This document shows, in pieces, positions 47,001 through 56,862 of a stretch of 64,000 nucleotides of DNA (positions within the stretch are counted from its first letter, which is position 1; each line of letters starts with the position of its first letter). The stretch is from NCBI GenBank assembly GCA_004431415.1, contig QPMI01000558.1, forward strand, positions 1-64,000, read 5' to 3'. This DNA comes from Cyanophora paradoxa CCMP329. Its lineage: Eukaryota > Plantae > Glaucophyta. The position numbers and the translations under genes are program-made. Under the pieces are notes generated by a model. The model was not told the DNA's origin and did not search any database. It saw only the letters and a program-made list of their open reading frames with translations.

Positions 47001-48101
47001 ATGTCCCCTTCCCTGCCCAGCGCGGCGGCTGCGCCGCATCAGCAAAAGCCGCGCGTGATCCTGTTCGGTGCGCTGCGGCCCTCGCAGGCGCTGTTTCTTT
47101 TGCTGGCATTTCTTTTGCGGCCTAGCGGAGATTGCCGGATATCGGTGGCGCGACCAAGGCGCATCACCCACGCCCCACGCGGTGGCCGCTCTAATGCGCA
47201 ACCGGGCCACCTAGCGATAGTCTCAGCTTCAAGACGCCGCTTTCACGACTCTGATGCACCCCGCGCCCCTCCAACGCTTCCTGCGCCGCGCAGACATCAT
47301 GTCGACGCTGGTGTACGACCCCTTCTACCGGGACATGCACAGCTTCTTCGGCTTCGAGTCGCTGAAGGACATGATGAAGGAGAAGCACCCCACCCGTGCG
47401 CATGCGCCCGCCTCCCCGCCCCAGCCCGGGGCCGAGCGCGCCGACGCGCGCGGGGGCAGGCTGGCTGGAGTTCGAGCGGGGCCACATCGACGAGAGCAAG
47501 TTCCTCGAGGACTACTTCAAGGACGGGCGCGACTACGACAAGGAAGGATTCCGCCAGCACGTGTACGCCCCGCCCGCCGCGCCGCGCCCCGCCGCGGCGA
47601 GCCGCGGGGCGCGCAGGAAGAGCTGCTACCGGTTCCTGGACGGGATCGAGGAGCTGCTGCAGGAGCTGAAGGATGCGGGCGTCGAGATGCACGCGTGCAG
47701 CAACTACCCGTCCTGGTGGCGCGCGCGCCGGCCCCGCCCCCCCTCGCCTCGCGGGGCGCCCGGGGCCGGGGAGCGAGCGAGGGGCGGGGGCGGGGCGCAG
47801 GGAGATGATCGAGGAGCGGCTGGCGCTCTCGCGCTTCCTCTCGTGGTCCTTCGTCTCGTGCAAGACGGGCGTGCGCAAGCCCGAGCGGGCCGCCTTCGAG
47901 CGGGCGCTGGAGCTCGCGGGGGCCCCACCCCCGGGGGCCGTCCTCTTCGTGGACGACTGCGGGGAGAACGTGGAGGCGGCGCGCGCCGCCGGCATGCACG
48001 CCCTCCGCTTCACCGACGCCGCCAGCCTCCGCGCCGCCCTCGTCGCACACGGCCTCCTCCCCGCCGCGCCCGCCCCCGCCCCGCCCGAACCCGCCAGCTA
48101 G
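47001..48101 (+). CDS. FHY1: HAD phosphatase, FMN hydrolase FHY1/PyrP1-like
   Basis: VILF|DIMSTLVYDPFY, KHPT.WLEFERGHIDE, FKDGRDYD, MHACSNYP.W, WSFVSCKTGVRKP, LFVDDCGENV closely follow plant chloroplast FHY1. Confidence 0.85.
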
Positions 48102-48241
48102 CTGGCCGGCGAGCGCGCCCCCTAGATCCGCCTTTCCCGCTTCGCTCTCTTCTTTCCGCCGCGTGTAAATACTGTATTTCAAATAACAGCAGCATCTCAG
48201 TAATGTTCTAGATCCGAGCAAACCGGCAAATAAGCGCGGCC

Positions 48242-50527
48242 CTAGGAGGCCAGGGCGGAGTGCCAGAGCTCGAACTCGCCGGTGTTGCTGGAGGCGTTCT
48301 CCTCCCACCAGCGCCCGCAGACCTTCCGCTCGCGCATCTTCCCCTCGTAGACCAGGCTATGGAACACCCTCGGCCCCGTGTACGTCTGCGGAGCGGGGCC
48401 CCGCCCGGCCTCAGCGGGCGGCGCCGGCGTGGCTCGGGGCCGCCAGGGGCTGGGCGGCGGGCCTTGAGCATGCGGACGGTGCCGGCGTCGACATCGTAGG
48501 AGCCCCGGATGACGAAAGTGCCCACGCGGTCGCTCCCCTCCGCCCGGACGGTTCGGAAGTACAGGCTCAGCGTCAGCTCCATCTCCCCCGTCTGCCCGCC
48601 CTGCCGCCAGAACCTGCCGCCGCGAGCGCGCGCGGTCAGCGTTGTGGGGCCCGACTCGGCTCGGACCGGGGCGGCCCTCTCCACGCCCCGCGCACCCTTT
48701 CCAGGGCCCCGGGCAGAAGCCCATCTTGAGCTCCTTGGTGTTGGACTTCATCCCCTTGACCTCCGCCAGCTCCTCCCCCAGCTCCTCCTCCTCGTCGTCC
48801 TCCTCGTCGGCGTCCTCGTACTCCGACTCGTCCTCCGCCCCCTCCTCCTCCGCCATCTCCTCGTCCCCCGCCTCCGCCTCCGCTTCCGCACGCGCTGGTG
48901 GCGCCGGCATCGCCGCCGCTGCCGCGGGGGCGCGGCCGGCCCCTGGGGGCGCCGGGGGGCCGGGGGCGGACTCCTTGGCGGCCTGGGCGGGGGCCGGGGC
49001 CGGGGCGGCCTTCTTGAGCTCGGCGGCGAGGGCCTTGAGCTTGGGGGCCGAGGACTTGGCCTTCTTGGCCCCGCCCCCGCCCCCGCCCCCGCCGCCGTCG
49101 CCGGCCATGGCGGCGAGCTCGGAGGCGACGGTGCCGACGATGAGGTGGCGGCGGCTCCAGTCGACGTACTGCAGGCCGGCGAGGTGGAACTTGAAGGCGT
49201 CCGGGATGCCCCCCTCGAGCATCACCGGCACGATGCTGATCCCCTTCTTCATCTCCCGCCGCTCCGCTGCGCGTCGTCCAGCCCCCAGAGCGTCAGCGCG
49301 GGGCCCCGGAGCCGCACCGCGCCGCGGGTCACCGCGGGCGCACCGAAGAGGTCGAGCTCGATGCCGCAGGGGACGGAGGCGAAGTACTCCGGGGAGAGGA
49401 AGCAGACCTGCGCGGGTCCCACCTCGGCCCCGGGGTGGGGCGGGGCCCAGGACGTCGACTCGCAGCGCACCGCGACCTTGGCGGCGTTGGCGGCCTGGGC
49501 GATCTGCGAGCGCCAGCCCTGCTGCCCCGCCTTGATCTCGTTCACGTCTGCCCGCCCCCGCCCCGCTCCCTCAGAGCGAGCGCCGGGGTAGCGGGTGCGG
49601 GGGAGGGCGGGGCCGGGGCGGACCGAGCCAGACGTGGCCGCGGAGGGCGGGGTTCTCCTCCATCTCGCGCACCAGCGGGTGCACGAGCTCCTTGTTGCGG
49701 CTGCTGTACGAGATGAAGACCTCCTTCGTCGGCGCCGCCGCCCCCGCGTCCGGCGCCGCCATCACCGCACCATGGCCCCGCGCCGCCACGGGCGCCACCG
49801 TCGGCGCCGGCGCCGGCGGCGCCGCCTCGTGGCCCTTGTCCGCCGACTGCTGGAACGTCTCGGCGGCCGCCGGCGCCCCAGGCGCCGGCGAGGCCTTGGA
49901 TGCTGCCGCTTCCGTCGCCGCGGACTGCAGCGCGTCCAGCCGCGCTGAACCCGCCCGTCAGCGCCGGCGAGGCGGCCTCGGGGTCGGGCCGGGGCGGGGA
50001 GAACCTAGGATCGCCGAGAGCTTCTCGTCGGCGGCCTTCTGCTGGGCCCGGAGCGCCGCCAGCTCCGCTTTCTCATCCGCCGAGTTGTGGGGAACTACAC
50101 GTACGCGCCGGGATCAGCGCGCACCGCATTCCCCGAGTGCATGCTGCGCTCACCACCGGACGCCATTGTGGGAGCGGTCTGAGCCTTGACGGCAGCTATT
50201 TCTTTCATCTGACCTGCAACGCAAACGGGTCGAATTAGTGGCAGCTGTAGCCAGCCGACGGCGGCTTCAAGCGACGGCGACTACCGGCATGGCCAAACGG
50301 CGTCGGACGCACCCAAAATCTGGCTCAACTGCTCGGACGTCGCCTTCTGGGCCGCCTGCATCTGCTGCTGGTGGCTTGCATTGAGCGCTGGGAATCTCCG
50401 AGTTAGCTGAGAATAGCAGGAGTCACTCGGCACGCGCACCCGCTATCTCCTTGCGCAGCGCCGCGAGCTCTTGGCTGCTGCCCGAGTCGTCCGCGACCCG
50501 CCGGGAGGTCGACGAGCCGCCCCCCAT
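48242..50527 (-). CDS. TIR-1: N-myristoylation motif, coiled coil, TIR (TIR_2-like), acidic linker, small beta-rich C-terminal domain
   Basis: MGGGSSTS..., EVFISYSSRNKELV...VWL|DVNEIKAG..WRSQIAQAANAAK.AVCFLSPEYFASVPCGIEL...IVPVML...LAGLQYVDW. C-terminal GPWKG.WRQ...GSDRVGTFVIRG...KTYTG...YEG...GRW...GEFELW. Confidence 0.85.
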
Positions 50528-50578
50528 CTTGTCCAAAGTGGCGGACGCTCTACCCCGCCTGCTCTTCTTCCCTCCACA

Positions 50579-52313
50579 ATGTCTGGCTTTGTGCTCGGTG
50601 CATGAGCTGGGCGCGCGTCTGCGTGCGATTCGACCTTACGCGCGCCCGCAGGAGCGGCCCTGACCCGCCCGGTGGCCTCGCGGCCGGGCGTGCCGTCCGT
50701 CTCGTGCTCGGCCGGCTGCCCGCTGCGGAGGCCTGCGACGCGTTTCTCCGCGGTAGGGCGTCGCAGGGACATCAGTTTCGGCTTCGGCGGCGGTGCCTGC
50801 CCCTGGCAAGCGTGTCGATCCCGATCCGCGTGACGGCGAGCCCGGGTCGCGTCGCAGGCCGTGGCCTGGTCATCTTCTGCGAGGACAAAGCGTCACCGGC
50901 GAGGAAGACGCAGCCGTCTTCTCCTCCCGCCTCCCCAAGCTCGCCGGCCACTCCTGCCTCTCCTGCAGCCGGTTCGTGGCTCGCGTGCAGCGCCGGACGC
51001 TGCAGCGCTGATGTCGCCGCGCGTACGCAGCGGCAAAGGATGCGGCGTCGGCCTTGAGCAAACGCCTGGAGCGGCTCCTCGTCTTCTTCGCGGACAAGGA
51101 CCGCGACGCGTGGTACGGCCTCGTCGCGGCGAGCAAGAACTGGAACCAGGTGGGCGTCCCGTGCGCGCGCGACGCGCTGGGCGCGGCCTCACGGCGGCGG
51201 GCAGGTGCACGGCGACTTCCTGGACTTCCTGGCGGGCGAGCGGGCCAAGGGCAGCGAGGCCGCCGCACCCCTGGCCGTCATCGAGGCGCTCCTCGACGAG
51301 CTCCCGCGGGTGCGCAGGCCGCGTCGGCGAGGCGCGCGTCGCGCACTCGCGGCGGCTGACGGGAGGGCGTGCGGGTGCGGGGCAGATCGAGGGGAAGCTG
51401 CGGCGGTCGGAGGAGCTGCTGGAGGGGTTCATGCGGACGCGGGCGTCGCGGTGGCGGGAGTTCGTGGAGCGGCACGCGTCGGAGCTGGACGAGGAGTTCC
51501 TGCTGTACGTGAACTGCCGCATCGAGCGGACGGAGGACTACAACGAGCGCCTCGACTACGACGTTGCCCTCACCTCCATCATCGACTTCGCCGAGCTCCT
51601 CAAGGGTCCGCCCCTCCCCGATCCGATCCGCTTCCGCCGGGGCTTTTCCGAGCGCGCGGTCCGCAGCGGAGGAGAAGACGGCGGCGCTGCAGGTCGAGGG
51701 CGAGCGCGGCATGGGGAAGATCGGGGTGCCCGAGGGCGGCGCCGGGCCCCGCTCGCACGGGGACGGCTACGAGAAGATCGACATCGACACCTCCATCGGG
51801 CGGGTGCAGGCGCCCTCGCCGCGGCTGGACCCGACGGAGGCGCCGGCCGGCTCGCTTGGGCGGGGCCTGGAGCGGGTGCGGCGGCTGTACCGGGCGCAGC
51901 CGGAGGGGAAGGGCCTGCAGCTGCCGCTGGAGGTGCAGATCGTGCAGTACATGCTGATGATCGCGGACCCGCTGGAGCGGCGGCTCGCGCTGCGCGACGT
52001 CTTCGTCCCCGACCGCGCCCTCAAGTGTGACCCCGAGCTCGAGGAGCTCTACTCCACCCCCGAGAACCTCCTCGCCGCCGTCGACGCCCTCGCCGAGTCC
52101 TACGAGAAGCAGCGCGGCGACCCGGGCATCCGCAAGTACCTGGAGGAGAGCAACCTGCTCGAGTCGCTCGCCGCGCTCCGCGCCGACGTCCTCCGCTTCG
52201 TCGTCGAGGAGACGGGCGGCCTCCAGAACCCCCCGCCCGGCTACGGCGACGACGACGACGACGAGGGCGAGGGGCGGGCCGAGGGACCCCAGGCCCCCGC
52301 CCCGCAGGCCTGA
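50579..52313 (+). CDS. Plastid-targeted CDB1/At4g37920-like protein
   Basis: Transit peptide MSGFVL|GAALTRPVASRP. LLVFFADKDRDAWYGLVAASKNW, PLEVQIVQYMLMIADPLERRLALRDVFVP, LYSTPENLLAAVDALAESY resemble the family. Confidence 0.7.
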
Positions 52314-52503
52314 GCTCTCGCCGCCTTCCAGCTCTGCCCTCGGAATTCGTGTTTTTCGATCGGTCTGCGGAAGCCTTCCTTGGCTGCGGCGGCGGCCCGT
52401 GAGGCGTCTCTCCTGCTTGTCTTTGTACACAACCGTACTGAATCTGGTGGGGAGTGGGAGAGGGGGATCGGAGCGGGAGCGGGGAGTGGGGGCCAGGGGG
52501 TGC

Positions 52504-53832
52504 TCAGGGGACGAGGCCGGAGCAGCCGCTGTCGCTGCCGTAGTCGTAGCCGCCGGAGGGGCAGGCGGTGGGGACGACTACGGGGCTCGTGCGGGGCCCC
52601 ACCTGCGGGGGCGGAGTCGGACAAGGCGGCGCGGGGCCCAGAATACAAGCACGGGCGCACGTAGTTGACGGTGGTGGGGAGGAAGGAGGGGCCGTCGAGG
52701 TCGAAGACGTGCCACCAGTAGCCCTCGCCGGCGGCGGGGAAGGACCACCGCACGGTCGCGCTCTGCGTGTAGAGCGTCACCTCCACGCCGGCCGAGCGCA
52801 TCGCCGTCGCCGCCTCGTGCGCGTAGCCCGGGAAGCAGTACGGCTCGCCCCCGTTCCACACGCAGTGGTCGGTCTGGTGGACCCAGTAGGAGAAGGTGCC
52901 GTTGGGGCGCTCGGAGGGGAGGGTCCCCGGGGCGGAGAAGGTGACGGTCTCGGGCTTGCGCGTCGTTGAGCGCATGATGTTGTCGACGTCGAGCGAGGCG
53001 ATCATGTCGCCGTTCACGCACGTCCGCCCCGACTCGCACGCCCAGTGCAGCTCGTACAGCGGCTCTCCGGGGCCCCGCGGGCACGACGCGCACGGGAACG
53101 TGCTGCCCCGCCTCCCGTCGGCGCTCCGGCGGCGCGGGGGCCGGCGGGCGGGAGGGCGGGGCGCCCGCACCTGGGCATGACGAGGTGGGCGTCCAGGTCC
53201 TCGGGCGGGCCGCTCTGCCAGCTGAGGACGACCTGCGCGGCGGCGGCGGCGGCGGCGGCTCAGCGGGCCGGCCCCGCACGCCCCCAGGCGAGCGGCACGC
53301 AAGCGGGGCGCGCCCTGAACTCGTTGGGCCCTAGGTTGGTGGACATGTAGAGGACGAGGAGCGGGCTCAGCACGGCCGTGTCCGACAGGTACGCCGGGAT
53401 CGTCACCGTCTGCCCCCCGTGAGAAGGGACGGCGAGCGCGGCCGGGCGGGCGGGCGGGCGGCAGCAGGGGGGCGGGCGGGGCGCACGATGTTGACGGGGA
53501 TGAAGCCGGTGCGGGTGCCGATGGCGTGGTAGGCGCCCGGGGCGTAGCGGAAGGGGGCGATCTGGAAGGCCCCCTGGCTGTCCGTCGAGGTGCTCGTGGC
53601 GAGGAGCCCCGTCGCCGCCTCCACGAGCTGCACGGTCGCCGAGCCGACGCCGACGAAGGTCGCCGCGTTGTAGACGAAGCCCTGCACCGTGACCGCCGCC
53701 GGGGGCGTCGAGCAGTCCGTCCCCCGCCAGCCCCGCGTGCACACGCACGCCCCGTCCGACGGGTTGCAGTACCCGTTCCCCGAGCACGTCGTCGACGCGT
53801 TGCAGACTGCGAGCCCCGGCATCAGCCCGCGT

Positions 53833-53863
<31 letters not shown>

Positions 53864-55314
53864 GGCGGGGCGGGCGCACAGGTCGAGCAGTTGGCGCCGA
53901 ACCAGGTCGAGTCGCAGAGGCAGGAGCCGTCCGCGTTGCACTGCCCGTTCCCGGAGCACGTCGTTCGCGGCGTGCAGTCTGCGCCGCCGCCGGCCGTCAG
54001 GCACGGCGCTCTCGGGGCACGCGCGGATCGCAACAGAAGAAAGCGCACAGGTCGCCTTGCACGTGGCGTTGCTGCCGGGGCGGGGCGGGGCGGGGCGTGA
54101 GCGAGCGTACGCCCCGGGCGCAGCAGGACAAGGGGGCCCGCCCGCGCACCAACAGGAGAGAGAGCAGCTCGTCCATATGACACACTCGTCGTCGGAGATG
54201 GTCACGCAGCTGCCGCCGCCGCGCGGTCAGCGGGGTTGCGGCCCGGACCCAGGCGAGGCCGGGCGCGGCGGGGCGCGGCGCGCGAGGCAGGGGCCGGCGC
54301 ACCCTGCGTAGGAGGAGAACTGGGTGCCGACGGGGGATAGGAAGGACTGCTGGAGCTCGGGGGTGCAGGGCCTGGCCGCCGGGTGCGAGTAGAGGGAGCA
54401 GCCAACGAACTTGCCCGCCGTGATGTTCGTCGGCACCGCCAGCCCGCCCGTGTACGGATTGCACAGCGCTGCGTGCCCGCGGGGTCAGCGCGGCGGTGGG
54501 GGCGGGGGCGGGGCGCGGGGCGCGGGGCCGCACGGAAGTAGGCGAAGGGGTTCTGCTCCTGGGCGGGCAGCGTGGGCGTGCGGGCGCCCTCGATGATGTT
54601 GAACTCGGCCTTGGGCCAGTCGAAGATGCAGACGTCGAGGCACTTGACGTAGATCGACGAGGTGACCCCCACGTCGACCGTGCACGTCGTGTTCAGCCGG
54701 TCCGTCCGCGCCACGTCCGCCTCCACTCCCCCGAACGTCGACGCTGCGCAGCTGCTCAGGCGAGTTGCCCCCCGCGGGGCCTGCCGGACGCACGGCGGAT
54801 CGTGAAGTTGAACGAGTCAGTGACCCGCACGAGCGCCCCGTCCGTCGCAGTCTGCGCCGAGGCAGAGCTAAGCGCGGCAGCCTCGCGAGCGCGGGGAAGC
54901 TGCGAATACAGCACTCACCACTGTGACGTTCGTAGTGCCCAGGACGTTGGGCGCGGGGAAAAGGATGATCTGAGGCCAAGAGCTCAGAGCTCGTTCGAAG
55001 GGGCCCGAGAGCGGGCGTCTTACCGTACGCATGGAAGCGCTCCATCGACTTCTGACTATGTTCTGAGGGGGAACCATAGAAGCGTTGCCGACGGCGACCA
55101 GGAGGTCGATGTTCTGCAGTGCCGTGTCGTTGCTCGTGAGCTTGTACACCAGAGTGTAGCTCGGCCTATTCAAATAGGTCTCCTGATCACCAGCTCGTGT
55201 CATAGTCGTCAAGGCTGCTGCCTGCCCGAGCCATACTACGAGAAGTGCAACTAGCGGTATGCATCCACGGCGCCATTCCGCCTGGGCCACCGCCCAGGGC
55301 GACTTCGACCGCAT
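52504..55314 (-). CDS. Secreted protein A: signal peptide, cadherin/Ig-like domain, Cys-rich region, EGF repeats, carboxypeptidase-regulatory-like domain, YfaP/DUF2135-like domain
   Basis: MRSKSPWAVA...IPLVALLVVWLGQAAA. EGF: CSGNGQCNADGSCLCDSTWFGANC and CSGNGYCNPSDGACVCTRGWRGTDC. Then VTVQGFVYNAAT...TDSQGAF, VVLSW...DLDAHL...SLDVDN...PETVTF...YWVH. Ends GCSGLVP* with no TM segment. Confidence 0.8.
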
Positions 55315-55690
55315 GTAGGGGACCGGCGTGCCGTCGGGTGCGGTCAGCGTCGGCCCGACTCGTTCATTGCCACGGTATCGCCCTGCTCGCCGCCACTCGC
55401 CCACCCGGCTGCCGGGAAGGATGCCTCGATGCTGCTTCCCTGTTTGTCTGCCGATGCTAGCGACCTGCCGCACTGCTGGGCCCTCCCTGCTGGCACCACC
55501 GCCTCCACGTCCGTTCGCCCGAGCCGCACGTCCCCCGCGGTCGCACAGCGTCCGATACTGCACTACACGTTCGCTGGATGTCAGCTGCGGCGGTGCTCCT
55601 GCCCGGGTGCGTTGGTCGCCGTGCTAGCTGGCAGGGGTCGCTTCTCAGGCAGGTTCGGTCTGCGGAGGGGAGGGGGCCGAATCGGGGTAC
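55284..55690. repeat. Copy 1 of a 407-bp near-identical duplication (upstream region + first 10 codons of protein A)
   Basis: Ungapped match to 61378-61784 (offset 6094), 6 mismatches by eye. Confidence 0.97.
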
Positions 55691-55856
55691 AACACCGCAA
55701 GCTTGCAAGCCACTCGCCGAGTTTCGGACGACCTCTTTTAGCGCGTCTTTGCTCGAAGCAACGCAGAAGGTGACGGTTAACGCAGCCTGCTCTTCATCTG
55801 GGCGGTTCCCAGCATCTCGAGTTCCGGCCTTCACCAGCCCTTCACTGAGGCTAGCT

Positions 55857-56674
55857 ATGGGCGCCTTTGAATCGACCCCACGGGCTGGCAGTGCGCCGCC
55901 TTCGCCAGCGCGAGCTGGCCCGGACACCCAGCGAGGATGTTGTGTCCTGGGCGGTCCCAGCGGAACGCGGTCTAATCAGATTTACGTGTGAGCGTTGGAT
56001 CTATCCGTCTGATTCGATTATAACCGCGTGCTTACACAGCCGGCCTGGCTCGCAGAGCCTACTCTGTGTATGACGCGGCGGCCGTCAATCGCCTCGTCTC
56101 GGAGCTCGAGACGCGTGGCTTTGTGGTGCTGTGCGTTTGCGGCTATTGAGCGGCTCTCGAAAGCACGCAGACGAGCCGTGCAGGTTGGAGGAGAACGGGC
56201 TCCGGAACCCGACATTGGCCGGGCGCTCTCACCGATTTACGGACCAGGCTCTGGTCGAGGTGAGCGCCAGCATGCGAAGCTGCGAGTTAGGAACGCTCTC
56301 CGATGCGCTGCAGGGGGCGCGCTTCTTCGTCTACGTCCTGTCGAAGGACAGCATGAAGTCCACGGTTGCGCTCGAGGCCTACCGGCACGCGCTCCGAAGC
56401 AAGAAGGAGATTGTGCCCTTCTTGCTGGAGGCGCCGCGGGCGCTGGAGGCGCACATGCCGCCCGACATCCTCGCCCTCGTCTCTCGCACCGCAAAGCTCT
56501 TCATCGTCGGTGAGCCGCCGCGCGGCCTCGCAAGCGCCCGCGCTCTCTCTCTCTATCCGAGCCGTCGGCCGCCCGCGCGCAGACGCGGCGCACAAGATGA
56601 CGGCGGTGCAGCTCACCGCGGAGCGCCTCGGGGACCACCTCGTCGAGACCGTCCGCCGCGAGCGCGAGCACTAG
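55857..56674 (+). CDS. TIR-2: small TIR-only protein with myristoylation-like N-terminus
   Basis: MGAFES...GCCVL...NQIYV|AYSVYDAAAVNRLVSELETRGFVVL...EGARFFVYVLSKDSMKSTVALEAYRHALRSKKEIVPFLLE follows the TIR_2 beta-A/alpha-A and beta-C/alpha-C/beta-D pattern. Confidence 0.72.
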
Positions 56675-56862
56675 CCGGCTGGAGGCCCGGGGTAGACGCA
56701 GCCGGCCCCGCCTATCCCGACCCGTCGTGCTTTATCTATCTTCTATGTGTCAAATGCCACGCAATTGCAATGTGCGATATGTTTGCCTGTCTGGACACTA
56801 AAAACAGGGATGAGACGTTTGGGAGCGAGGGAACGAGGGGGGTTTCGGTTGGCGAACGGACG

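Noticed and set aside
47068-47293. FMN or TPP riboswitch in the intron of a flavin-related gene
   Set aside because: Conserved aptamer core motifs were not found.
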